Of a stretch of 64,000 nt of DNA, positions 10,432-20,335 are shown piece by piece. Each line of letters begins with the position of its first letter. Position 1 is the stretch's first letter. The notes beneath the pieces were generated by a model. It did not search any database. It was not told the origin of the DNA and saw only the letters and a list, made by a program, of their open reading frames with translations. The stretch covers positions 725 to 64,724 of the forward strand of contig CAWGEE010000007.1 of assembly GCA_963821415.1 (NCBI GenBank), read 5' to 3'. The position numbers and the translations under genes are program-made. Source of the DNA: an uncultured Actinomycetes bacterium. Lineage in GTDB: Bacteria > Actinomycetota > Thermoleophilia > Gaiellales > Gaiellaceae.

Positions 10432-10814
10432 GTGACGCTCGAGGAGCTCGACCGCTGGCTCGACGTCTACGGCCGCGCGTGGGAGCGGCAGGACGTGGAC
10501 GCCTTCGTCGCCTGCTACGCCGAGGACGCCGTCTACCACTGGGGCCCGTGGGGGAGCCGCTGCGCGGCCACGACGAGATTCGCGCCCGCACGGAGCAGGC
10601 GATCGCCGAGCAAGAGGACATCCAGTTCGGCCACGAGCCGCTCGCGATCACGCCCGACGGACGCGGCATCGCCCGCTGGTGGGTCTCGATCAAGCTGAAG
10701 GGCGAGGACACGATCGAGGAGAACGAGGGCATCTTCCTCGTCACGCTCGACGAGAACGGCCGGTGCACGGACTTCCGCGAGTGGTGGAACAGCCGCACGC
10801 GGCCGGTGAGCTAG
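10432..10814 (+). pseudogene. SnoaL/NTF2-like fold protein, one frame break
   Basis: GTG 10432 gives VTLEELDRWLDVYGRAWERQDVDAFVACYAEDAVYHWGPWG. The sequence then continues as EPLRGHDEIRARTEQAIAEQ...FLVTLDENGRCTDFREWW in ORF 10479..10814. The break sits in a G5 run at 10550-10554, where one G appears to be missing. Confidence 0.7.
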
Positions 10815-10816
10815 CC

Positions 10817-11206
10817 GTGGAGCGCGTGCGCATCGACAAGTGGCTGTGGGCGGCGCGGTTCTTCAAGACCCGCTCCGCTGCGACGGAGGCCGTCGCAGGC
10901 GGCCACGTGCGCGTCAACGGCGCGCGTGCGAAGCCGTCCCGCGAAGTAGCCGTCGGCGACCGTATCGAGGTACGAAGGAGCGCTCAGGGGTGGACGGTCG
11001 ACATCCGGGCGCTCGCCGATCGCCGCGGCCCGGCGACCGCCGCCGCAGCGCTCTACGAGGAGACGCCGGAGTCCTCGGCCGCACGCGAGCAGCGCCGGCT
11101 CGAGGCGCGGGCTAGCCGCCCGCTGGGAGCAGACCTGGGCGTTCGGCCGACCAAGCGCGACCGGCGCCGGCTCGATGCGCTACGCCGCGGTCAGCGGCGC
11201 AGGTAG
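10817..11206 (+). CDS. S4-domain RNA-binding protein (Hsp15/HslR-like)
   Basis: In-frame GTG at 10817 within ORF 10679..11206. The N-terminus VERVRIDKWLWAARFFKTRSAATEAVAGGHVRVNGARAKPS is the S4 motif, followed by a basic C-terminal tail. Confidence 0.75.
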   Translation: MERVRIDKWLWAARFFKTRSAATEAVAGGHVRVNGARAKPSREVAVGDRIEVRRSAQGWTVDIRALADRRGPATAAAALYEETPESSAAREQRRLEARASRPLGADLGVRPTKRDRRRLDALRRGQRRR

Positions 11207-11214
11207 TCGTCGTC

Positions 11215-12609
11215 TCAGCCTGACGCGATGTTGAACGTGCTGCTGAAGACGTTGTCCGGGTCGTACGTCGCTTTCACCTCGCGCAGACGCTCGAAGTTGG
11301 CTCCGTACGTCTCGGGGAGCGCGGCTTGCCCTTCGTCTGTGAAGCCGCCGAAGTTGAGGTATGTGCCACCCGGGAATCGCTCGCCGAGCGCCGACACGAG
11401 CTCGCGCGCCCACGCGAGGTTTGCCTCGTCGTCGGCCGGATCGTCCCAGTTCGACTCGACGCCGATCAGATACGGGTGGTCTCGCCGTGCAAAGGCGCTG
11501 CCGCCACTCGGCTCTTGCGCCATTGCGCCGCCGAGGGCCCAGACGTCCACGGAGCTGAGCGGCGACGGCCGACGCGCGGCGCTGTCGGTCAAGATGTCGA
11601 CGACCTCGTCGTCGAGTGAATCGATGTAGATCGACTTCCAGTAGTAGCGGCGCCCGTCCGGGTATTCGGGATCGAAGATCTGCTGTAGCTCGAGGTACGG
11701 CATCGGACCGCTGAAGTCTGCGATCGGTGTCGCCAGCTCGCGCAACGGTCGCGTCGCCTCCTCCCCGTCGGCGACGTCGCCCGACCAGGCGCCGATGAAG
11801 ACGATGACCGGCGCGCCCCACCACTGCTCCGGGATCGGCTCCTCGTGGCCGGCCGTCCAGAGGACGGCCAGGACCATCAGCTCGTCCGGCGCGTCCCTCA
11901 TGACTTCGTCGAAGCGGCGGAGACCAGCCGCAGATTCGGCAGCCGGGTAGATCGTCATCAACGTGAACACCTCGGGACCGAGCTCGTGCAGGCGGTACTC
12001 GAGCGAGGTCACGACCCCGAAGTTCCCACCTCCGCCGCGCAGCGCCCAGAGCAGGTCGGGATGCGTCCGCTCGTCGACATTCAGCAGACGGCCGTCGGCC
12101 GTGACGACGTCGGCGGCGACGAGGTTGTCGCACGACAGCCCATACCGGCGCGTGAGGAAGCCGAGCCCGCCGTGGAGTGTCAGCCCGCCGATCCCCGTTC
12201 GCGGCACCGCGCCCAGGGGCGTCACCAGCCCGAAGGCCTGGGTCTCGTGGTCGACGTCTGCGAGGACGGCACCGCCTCCCGCGCGAACGGTTCGCCGCTC
12301 GAGGTCGACGCGGGCGCGGTTCAGCGGGGAGAGATCGATGACGACGCCGCCGTCGACCAATGCGTTCCCTGCAACGTTGTGGCCGCCTCCCCTTACCGAG
12401 ACGGGTAAATGCTCCTTGCGCGCGAACTCGAGCGCAGCGGTCACGTCTGCGTTGCCGGTGCAACGAACGACCGCGGCCGGCCGGCGCTCGATCATCCCGT
12501 TCCAGACCTTGGCGGCCTCTTCGTAGGCGGCGTCCCCCGGCGCGAGGACCGTTCCGCGAACGCGAGCCCGCAGCGCTTCCAAGCGAGCCTCCTCAGTCCC
12601 GATGACCAT
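11215..12609 (-). CDS. FAD-linked oxidase (PCMH/BBE-type FAD-binding domain)
   Basis: Part of ORF 11215..13056(-). Motifs include RGGGHNVAGNA, LRGGGGNFGVVTS and the C-terminal BBE-like YLNF...YDPDNVF. The ATG at 12609 is preceded by GGGAGGTG. Upstream ORF codons are antisense to the TfoX gene. Confidence 0.85.
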   Translation of the reverse strand: MVIGTEEARLEALRARVRGTVLAPGDAAYEEAAKVWNGMIERRPAAVVRCTGNADVTAALEFARKEHLPVSVRGGGHNVAGNALVDGGVVIDLSPLNRARVDLERRTVRAGGGAVLADVDHETQAFGLVTPLGAVPRTGIGGLTLHGGLGFLTRRYGLSCDNLVAADVVTADGRLLNVDERTHPDLLWALRGGGGNFGVVTSLEYRLHELGPEVFTLMTIYPAAESAAGLRRFDEVMRDAPDELMVLAVLWTAGHEEPIPEQWWGAPVIVFIGAWSGDVADGEEATRPLRELATPIADFSGPMPYLELQQIFDPEYPDGRRYYWKSIYIDSLDDEVVDILTDSAARRPSPLSSVDVWALGGAMAQEPSGGSAFARRDHPYLIGVESNWDDPADDEANLAWARELVSALGERFPGGTYLNFGGFTDEGQAALPETYGANFERLREVKATYDPDNVFSSTFNIASG

Positions 12610-12699
12610 CGCCACCTCCCTTGTGTCGGCGATACCGTAACGCCCGCCGATCAGCCGCGTGCCGGACATTGCGCACGGTCGGCCGATTAGGCTCCCGGC

Positions 12700-13032
12700 A
12701 TGGCGTACGACGAGGCGCTGGCCGGCCGGATCCGGGACGTGCTCGCAGACCGCGGTGATCGCGTCCGTGAGCAGAAGATGTTCGGCGGAATCGCCTTCAT
12801 GGTCGACGGGCACATGACCGTCGGCGTCGTCAAGGACGAGCTCATGGCGCGCGTCGGGCCCGACGGCGAGGACGACGCGCTCGCCCAGCCTCACGCCCGC
12901 ACGATGGACTTCACCGGCCGCCCGATGACCGGGTTCATCCAGTTGGCAGCGGCCGGCGTCGCCACGGAGGACGACGTCAAAGCCTGGGTGGATCGCTCCC
13001 TCGCATTCACAACGACGCTGCCGCCGAAGTAG
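12700..13032 (+). CDS. TfoX/Sxy N-terminal-domain family protein (copy 1)
   Basis: The 110-aa ORF reads MAYDEALAGRIRDVL...KMFGGIAFMVDGHMTVGV...MARVGPDG...MTGFI...WVDRSLAFTTTLPPK, the typical small TfoX_N pattern. TAGGCT (12688-12693)-N6-ATG. Confidence 0.75.
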   Translation: MAYDEALAGRIRDVLADRGDRVREQKMFGGIAFMVDGHMTVGVVKDELMARVGPDGEDDALAQPHARTMDFTGRPMTGFIQLAAAGVATEDDVKAWVDRSLAFTTTLPPK

Positions 13033-13054
13033 TGCCGCTGCGGAACGAGAGCGC

Positions 13055-13588
13055 ATGGTCGCCGGCGAGTCGTACGACGCCTCGGATCCGGCGCTCGTGG
13101 CGGCGCGTGCACGCGCCCGCCGACTGACGGCGCGCTACAACACGACGTCACAGGAAGACGGCGACGAGCGGCGCGCACTGTTGACTGAGCTGTTCGAAGA
13201 GGTCGGCGACGGAGCGTGGATCGAGCCGCCGTTCCAGTGCGATTACGGCTGGAACATCACGCTCGGAGACCGTGTGTTCCTGAACTTCAACTGCGTGATC
13301 CTCGACTGCGCCCCCGTCACGATCGGTGCGCGTACGCAGATCGGCCCCGCAGTGCAGCTCTGCGCAGCCACGCATCCCGTGAGCCCGGAAGAGCGTGCTG
13401 AGGGCATCGAGTACGCGAAGCCGATCTCGATCGGGCGCAACGTGTGGATCGGCGCGGGCGCGATCGTCGGCCCAGGCGTCACGATCGGCGACGATGCCGT
13501 CATCGGCGCGGGCAGCGTAGTCCTACGCGATGTGCCGGCGCGCTCGGTGGCCGCCGGCGTCCCCTGCCGGATCCTGCGGTCGATCTAA
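13055..13588 (+). CDS. maltose/galactoside O-acetyltransferase-like hexapeptide-repeat protein (copy 1)
   Basis: ORF 13055..13588 has a Mac-type N-terminus (SYDASDPALVAARARARRLTARYN) and a left-handed beta-helix (NVWIGAGAIVGPGVTIGDDAVIGAGSVV). Confidence 0.85.
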   Translation: MVAGESYDASDPALVAARARARRLTARYNTTSQEDGDERRALLTELFEEVGDGAWIEPPFQCDYGWNITLGDRVFLNFNCVILDCAPVTIGARTQIGPAVQLCAATHPVSPEERAEGIEYAKPISIGRNVWIGAGAIVGPGVTIGDDAVIGAGSVVLRDVPARSVAAGVPCRILRSI

Positions 13589-13652
13589 GCCACGCCGCTG
13601 TACCCCCACGAGCCGAGGTTTAATGACGGGCTGAGGCGAGTACGATCGGTCC

Positions 13653-16376
13653 ATGCTGTACGGCCGCGAGGCCGAGTGCACGGCTGTCGACGCGTTGCTC
13701 GACGGGGCGCGCGCGTCGCAGAGCGGCGTCCTCGTCCTGCGCGGCGAGCCAGGCGTGGGCAAGTCGGTACTGCTCGCGTACGGCAGCGACCAAGCTGAGG
13801 GATTTCGCGTGCTCCGCGCGACCGGCATCGAGTCCGAATCCCAACTGCCGTTCGCCGGGCTCCACCAGCTCCTCTGGCCCGTGCTCGACCGAGTCGACAC
13901 GCTCCACGGCCCGCAGGCCGCCGCGTTGAGAGCCGCGTTCGGGCTGACGGACGAGGGCGTCGGCGATCGGTTCCTCGTCTACTTCGGGGTGCTGAGCCTC
14001 CTGGCCGAGGTCGCCGAGGACGGCCCGCTGCTCTGTCTCGTGGACGACGCCCAGTGGCTCGACGACCCCTCGGCGGACGCGCTCGTGTTCGCCAGCCGCC
14101 GCCTCCAGGCCGAGCGAGTCGTGATGCTCTTTGCCGCGCGCGAGGGCACGGATGCGACCTTCGCCGGGCCGGGACTGCCCGACCTCCACGTGGGCGGCCT
14201 AGACAGGGAAGCGGCCGGGACACTCCTCGCGGAGCGGGGAGCGCTGTCGCCCGAGGTCCGGCAGCAGCTCTTCGAAGCGACGGCCGGCAACCCACTCGCA
14301 CTTGTCGAGTTGGCCGCCGAGCTGACCGAGGCGCAGTTGACGGGACGGGAGACGCTGCCAGAGCGGCTCGTCCTGGGCAGCGGCGTCGAGCGCGCATTCC
14401 TCGAGCGGGTCCGCGAACTACCGGATGACACCCGCGGCCTGCTCGTGCTCGCGGCAGCCGACGACACCGGCAGCCTCTCGGCGATATTCGGTGCCGGGAC
14501 TGCGCTAGGCGTCACGTCCGACGCGCTGGCCGCTGCGGAGTCAGCCGGCCTCGTGCGCGCGGACGACGGCCACCTTCACTTCCGCCACCCCCTCGTCCGC
14601 TCCGCCGTCTACCAGGGCGCCTCGTTCGCCGAACGCCAGGACGCTCACCTCGCCCTCGCGGCGGCGCTCGACGGCGATGAGCACAGCGATCGCCGAGCCT
14701 GGCATCGCGCGGCCGCCACCCTCGAGCCCGACGCGGAGGTCGCCGACGAGCTCGAGCGCACGGCCGACCGCGCACGAGCTGCGAAGCGGCTTCGCGGCCG
14801 CGGGCGCGGCCCTCGAGCGGGCCGCGGAGCTCTCCGTCGACGACAGAGGAGCGTGCGCGCCGGTACGTCTCCGCTGCCCGGGAGGCCTGGCTCGGGGGCC
14901 GGCCGGAGCGGGCACGGGCGCTCCTCGACCGGACGGAGGCGACTGGTGGAGGACGAGGTCCTGAGAGCCGAGATCCTCCACGCCAGGGGCGTGATCGAGA
15001 ACCATTGCGGTGTTCCCGAGCGCGCGCGCCAGATCCTCGTCGCGGGCGCGGAGGCAATACGGGAGGTGGATCCCGACCGCGCGGGGCGCATGCTCGCCGA
15101 CGCCGGACACGCGGCGACGTTCATCGGGGACGCGCAGCACACGCTGGCCGTGGCGGAAGCCGCCGCCTCGCTCCCCGAGTCGGCCGAGGCGGCCTTCGCC
15201 GCCGACCTCTTCGGCGGCTGCGCGTACGTCTACCTCGACGAGCCGGAGAAGGCGGCGCGCCTACCTGCGCCGCGCCCTCGAGCGCGCCGAGGCTCGGAGC
15301 GAAGACCCGCGCTCGCTCGTCCACGTCGGCGGCGCGGCGAGCTACCTCGGCGACGACGCGAGGGCCAGACGCTCGTACGCGAGGCCGCCGACCGCGCCCG
15401 AGCCGCCGGCGCCGTGCGGCAGCCTCGTGATCGCGCTCGACGCCCTCGCGTCCGGCGAGGTGTGGTCGGGCCGGCCGATCTGCGGCCGCCGAGTACGGAA
15501 GCGAAGGGACTGACGCTCGCGCGTGAGACCGGCGAGGGAAACGCCGAGTGCAGATTGCTCGGCACCCTCGCGTTCGTCGCTGCCACTCAGGGACGGGAAG
15601 ACGACTGCCGGCAGCTAGCGGGTGAGGCACTTGCGCAGGCGCAGGCCCGCGGTCTGGTGAACCAGGGCACATTCGCCGAGTGGGCGCTCGGACGGCTCGA
15701 GCTCGGACTCGGCAGATACGAGGAGGCTCTCGGCCGCCTCGAGCGCGCCTCGACGGGCCACCCGTTCGCGGGGCTGCTGCTCACGCCCGACCTCGTCGAG
15801 GCAGCGGTGCGAACCGACCGGCGCGAGGCCGCCCTCACGGGATTCGCCCGCTTCGAGCGCTGGGCTGAGGCGACCGAGTCCGCGTGGGGCGCCGCCGCCG
15901 TCAGCCGCTGCCGGGGCCTCCTGACAGCGGGCGAGACCGCCAGCCGGCACTTCGCCGAGGCGGTCAGCCTCCACACAGCGCCATACGACCGCGCCCGCAC
16001 CCAACTCGTGTACGGCGAGCACCTCCGGCGCGAGCGCCGGCGGAGCGAGGCGCGTGATCACCTCCGCGCAGCGGTCGAGCTCTTCGCGCAGCTCGGAGCG
16101 GCGCCTTGGGAAGAGCGTGCGCGGGCGGAGCTGCGCGCGACGGGAGAGAGTGCACGAAAGCGCGACCCGAGCACGATCGACCTGCTGACGCCGCAGGAGC
16201 TGCAGATCGCCCGTCTCGTGAGCGAAGGGCAGACGAACAAAGAGGTGGCAGCCCAGCTGTTCCTCAGCCCGCGGACGATCGACTACCACCTGCGCAAGGT
16301 GTTCCAGAAGCTCCGAATCTCCTCGCGTGCGCAGCTGAGCAAGCTCGACCTCAGCCGCGAGCCTGCACCTGCGTAG
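13653..16376 (+). pseudogene. large ATP-binding LuxR-family (LAL-type) transcriptional regulator, at least 6 internal frame changes
   Basis: It has Walker A GEPGVGKS, a TPR-like middle, and a C-terminal LuxR HTH (LTPQELQIARLVSEGQTNKEVAAQLFLSPRTIDYHLRKVFQKL). The 907-aa ORF stays open only because of GC bias. Arg-rich nonsense stretches (~14755-14945 and ~15250-15510) are replaced by good family sequence in the other frames, e.g. SGFAAAGAALERAAELS, ERARRYVSAAREAWLGGRPERARALLDR, YLRRALERAEARSEDPRSLVHVGGAASYLGDD. TACGAT (13641-13646)-N6-ATG. Confidence 0.8.
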
Positions 16377-16474
16377 CCGGTCACAAGACTGGCGATCTCG
16401 CTGATGCGACCGGCGATGCCCGGTGCGAGCCTCCAGACGTGGTCAATAGCACGTCAACCGAAGGAGGGAACCGC

Positions 16475-16507
16475 ATGTCGACCACTATCAGGCTCCGACG
16501 GCGGTGA
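16475..16507 (+). CDS. 10-codon upstream ORF ([10 protein letters not shown]) translationally coupled to the ABC ATPase gene
   Basis: GAAGGAGGG lies 7 nt upstream of ATG 16475. The stop TGA 16505-16507 overlaps GTG 16504 of the ATPase (GGTGA). The ATPase GTG has no SD of its own. Confidence 0.3.
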   Translation: MSTTIRLRRR

Positions 16508-17256
16508 TCGACGGGCTGGCCGAGCGGCCGCCCGTCATCGTCGAGGGGCAGGGGATCGCCCGCTGCTACGGCACGGGCGACGCCGCGGTGCACGCCCTGC
16601 GCGGTGTGACGCTTTCCGTCGCCAAGGGCGAGCTGATCGCGGTCATGGGGCCATCGGGCTCCGGTAAGTCCACGCTGATGCACATCCTCGCCGGGCTCGA
16701 CCACCCGGACGAGGGCGAAGTCTGGATCGCCGACACGGAGATCACCCAGCTCGGCGACGACGCGCTGACGAAGCTCCGCCGGCGGCACGTCGGCTTCATC
16801 TTCCAGTTCTTCAACCTGCTCCCGATGCTCACGGCCGAGGAGAACATCCTCCTGCCGCTGAGGATCGCGGGCAAGAAGCCCGAACGTGCGTGGGTCGACG
16901 AGGTCGTGTCGACGGTCGGGCTCGCGGATAGGCTCTCCCACCGGCCGTCGGAGCTCTCCGGCGGCCAGCAGCAGCGCGTGGCCATCGCGCGCGCGATGGT
17001 CTCCCGGCCGACGGTGATGTTCGCCGACGAGCCGACGGGCAACCTCGACTCGCAGACGGGCGCCGAGATCCTCGAGCTGCTGCGGCACTCGGTGGAGCGC
17101 TACGAGCAAACGACCGTCATGGTCACCCACGATCCGACTGCGGCGGCGATCGCCGACCGCATCGTGTTCCTCGCCGACGGGCAGGTCGTCAAGACCCTCG
17201 GCCACACGGACGGCCGCACAGTCCTGGCGGCCATGGAGGAGGTGAGCTCGAGGTGA
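16504..17256 (+). CDS. ABC transporter ATP-binding protein (MacB/LolD/FtsE-like)
   Basis: ORF 16504..17256 has Walker [10 protein letters not shown], the signature [14 protein letters not shown] and Walker [13 protein letters not shown]. Confidence 0.9.
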   Translation: MIDGLAERPPVIVEGQGIARCYGTGDAAVHALRGVTLSVAKGELIAVMGPSGSGKSTLMHILAGLDHPDEGEVWIADTEITQLGDDALTKLRRRHVGFIFQFFNLLPMLTAEENILLPLRIAGKKPERAWVDEVVSTVGLADRLSHRPSELSGGQQQRVAIARAMVSRPTVMFADEPTGNLDSQTGAEILELLRHSVERYEQTTVMVTHDPTAAAIADRIVFLADGQVVKTLGHTDGRTVLAAMEEVSSR

Positions 17257-19834
17257 TCGCCGTCGCACTCAAAGGGCTCCTGGGACGGAAGGTCCGCGCC
17301 ATCCTGACCGGCTTCGCCGTCGTGCTCGGCGTGGCGATGGTCAGCGGCACATTCATCCTGACGGACACCATCTCGAAGGCGTTCGATCAGATCTTCAACG
17401 GCACGTACGAGAACACGTCGGCCGTCATCTCGGGCAAGGAGATCGTGAAGGGCTCGTCGAGCGGCAACGCGACGATCCCTGCCTCGCTCCTCCAGCACGT
17501 CCGGCGCATCGACGGCGTTGCCGAGGCGGCGGGCGCCATTTACGACCTCGGATCGAGCTCCAACTACACGAAGCTCGTCGCTGCCGACGGAAGGTGATCG
17601 GAGGCGGCGGTGCCCCGACCCTCGGCTTCGGGATCGACACCTCCAGCCGCGGTTCAATCCGCTGAACCTCGTCGAAGGGGAGTGGGCAATCGGCCAGCAG
17701 GTCGTGGTCGACAAGGGAACTGCCGGCTCAACGATCTGGCAGTCGGGGAGACTCATCGGCGTGTCCACGCGGGGACGCGTGGAGCAGTTCACGATCTCCG
17801 GGATCGCGAAGTTCGGCACGGTCGACTCGCTTGGCGGCGCCACGCTCGCGGTGTTCGACATCCCGACCGCCCAGCGCCTGCTGGGCAAGGAAGGGCAGTT
17901 CGACAGCATCTCCGTCGCGGCCGAGAGCGGCGTTTCGCCGACTGCGCTCGCGGCGAAGATCCGACGAAGTCCTGCCCGCATCTGCTCAGGTGCAAGACCG
18001 GGGCAGAGCAGGCGCAAGCGAGCGCGAAGGACACGAAGACGTTCATGAAGTTCATCCAGCTGTTCCTGCTCGCGTTCGGCGGCATCGCGCTGTTCGTAGG
18101 CGCGTTCGTCATCTTCAACACGCTCTCGATCACGGTCGCTCAGCGGACGAGGGAGTTCGCCACATTGCGGGCCCTGGGTGCCTCACGACGGCAGGTTCTC
18201 CGCTCCGTCCTGTTGGAAGGGCTGGTGATCGGGTTCGTCGCCTCGATCGTCGGACTCGCGCTCGGGGTCGGCCTCGCGAAGGGCCTGACGTGGCTGCTCG
18301 GCGTCCTCCAGCTCGACCTGCCTCAGGCGGGAACGGTATTCGAGGCCCGCACGATCGTCGATCTCCATGATCGTCGGCGTCGGGATCACGCTGGTCGCGA
18401 CGGTGGGGCCGGCACTGAGGGCGACCCGCGTGCCGCCGATCGCAGCGGTTCGCGAGGGCTCGACCCTCCCCAAGTCCCGCTTCGCACCCATCGCCCCGTT
18501 CGTGGCTCTGGGACTGATCGTGGCGGGGGCGGCAGCATTCGCGACGGCACTTGGATTCGGATCGCTCGAGACGCGCTGGGTGCTCCTGCTGATCGCGGCC
18601 GGATGCATCGCAGTGTTCCTCGGCGTCGGGATGATCTCGTCTCGTCTCGTTCGTCCGCTCGTGAAGGTCGTCGGGCAGCCGGCGCGACACGGCGGCGGCG
18701 AAGCGGGCAAGCTGGCGAGCGAGAACGCCGTCCGGAACCCGTCTCGCACAGCCTCGACGGCGGCCGCGCTGATGATCGGCCTCGCGCTCGTCACGGTCGT
18801 GGCGACGCTCGGTACGAGCATGCGGAATTCGGACAAGGCTGCGATTGCCGCGCAGCTCGACACGGACTTCGTGGTTACGTCGAAGAACGGGTTCGACGTC
18901 TTCCAGGCGCAGGCGGGCGAGCTGCTCGCGGCGGTACCCGGCATCGGAGCCGTCACGAACGTCCGTCAGGAGAAGGCGAAGGTGGCCGGTGCGACGACCA
19001 CCGTGCACGGAGTCGACCCATCGATAGGCCAGACGGCAAGCTTCCAGTGGAGGTCAGGCAGTGACGACGTGCTTGCCGATCTCGGTGCAAACGGCGTGAT
19101 CCTCAAGCAGCTGTTCGCCGAGAAGCACGACCTCGCTGTCGGCAGCAACGTGTCGCTCCTGACCCCTTCGGGTGACCGCCACTCGTTCACCGTTCGCGGC
19201 CTCTTCGAGCCGGCCGCATTCGACCGGATCGACCCGCTCTTCGGGAACGTGGTCATGTCGAGGACCGCGTTCGACTCGTCCTTCGCGAGGCCTCAGAACA
19301 TCCTCGCGCTCGTCGAGCTCGGGCGAGACGCAACGCCGGCCACGCTGACGGGCATGAATGACGTCCTCGCTCAGTACCCCGGGACGGTCATGCGAAGCGA
19401 GGCCGACTACGTGACCTGGCGGGCTGCAGGGCTGAACAAGCTCCTCAACTTGCTCTACGTCCTCCTCGCACTGTCGGTCATCGTCAGCCTGTTCGGGATG
19501 ATCAACACGCTCATCCTGTCGACCTTTGAGCGGACAAGGGAGCTCGGCATGCTCCGAGCAGTCGGCATGACGCGCCGCCAGGTGCGACGGATGGTGCGCC
19601 ACGAGAGCGTCATCACGGCACTGATCGGTGCGGCGCTCGGCTTGCCGATCGGCGTCGCGCTGGCGGCGCTCGTCACGAATGCACTCTCCGATCAGGGGCT
19701 CGTCTTCAGCGTGTCCATCGGCTACCTCGCGGTGTTCACACTCGTAGCGATCGCCGCCGGTGTGGTGGCGGCGATCGCACCGGCCCGGCGAGCCGGACGG
19801 CTGAACGTCCTGGCCGCGCCTCCACTACGAGTAA
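17253..19834 (+). pseudogene. ABC transporter permease with two FtsX/MacB-type domains, about 6 frame changes
   Basis: Consecutive pieces lie in ORFs 17253..17597, 17518..18048, 17831..18370, 17610..19064 and 18367..19908. FtsX hallmarks include FMKFIQLFLLAFGGIALFVGAFVIFNTLSITVAQRTREFATLRALGASRRQV and LFGMINTLILSTFERTRELGMLRAVGMTRRQV. Breaks lie near 17590, 17650, 17960, 17990, 18365 and 19819. The last restores the typical end ...LNVLAALHYE, TAA 19832-19834. Confidence 0.75.
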
Positions 19835-19844
19835 GCAGAACTAA

Positions 19845-19868
19845 GGGGGGCGGCGTCCGCCGCCCCCC
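19845..19868 (+). terminator. GC-rich hairpin downstream of the ABC permease
   Basis: GGGGGGCGGC-GTCC-GCCGCCCCCC is a 10-bp perfect stem, followed by TCCTCTT (a weak U-tract). It starts 11 nt after the proposed stop. Confidence 0.5.
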
Positions 19869-19978
19869 TCCTCTTGACTCATGCTCTGCATGGGGATCGC
19901 TCCGCTAGCGGGCAGTCGACGCGTGTACCGTCGTAGCGTTTCAGCAAGCGGGCAGACAGACGACATAGGCTTTCGGGC

Positions 19979-20311
19979 ATGGCCTACGACGAGGCGCTGG
20001 CCGGCCGAATCCGCGACGTGCTCGCAGACCGCGGTGATCGCGTTCGTGAGCAGAAGATGTTCGGCGGGATCGCCTTCATGGTCGACGGGCACATGACGGT
20101 CGGCGTCGTCAAGGACGAGCTGATGGCACGCGTCGGCGCGGACGGCGAGGACGACGCACTCGCCCAGCCGCACGCGCGGACGATGGACTTCACCGGCAGG
20201 CCGATGACCGGGTTCATCCAGGTCTCAGCCGCCGGCGTCGCCACGGAGGAGGACGTCAAGGCCTGGGTGGATCGCGCCCTGGCGTTCACGACGACGCTGC
20301 CGCCGAAGTAG
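19979..20311 (+). CDS. TfoX/Sxy N-terminal-domain family protein (copy 2)
   Basis: 110 aa, with 6 amino-acid differences from copy 1 (P54A, L85V, A86S, D96E, S105A, and one more). TAGGCT (19966-19971)-N7-ATG. Confidence 0.75.
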   Translation: MAYDEALAGRIRDVLADRGDRVREQKMFGGIAFMVDGHMTVGVVKDELMARVGADGEDDALAQPHARTMDFTGRPMTGFIQVSAAGVATEEDVKAWVDRALAFTTTLPPK

Positions 20312-20335
20312 TGCGCGGCAGTGGAACGAGCGCGC

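Larger units (their letters stand above)
12686..13588 (+). repeat. direct repeat copy 1 (TfoX_N + acetyltransferase module)
   Basis: By manual alignment it matches 19964..20869. Similarity starts ~14 nt upstream of the TfoX ATG and stops at the acetyltransferase stop codon. Confidence 0.9.
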
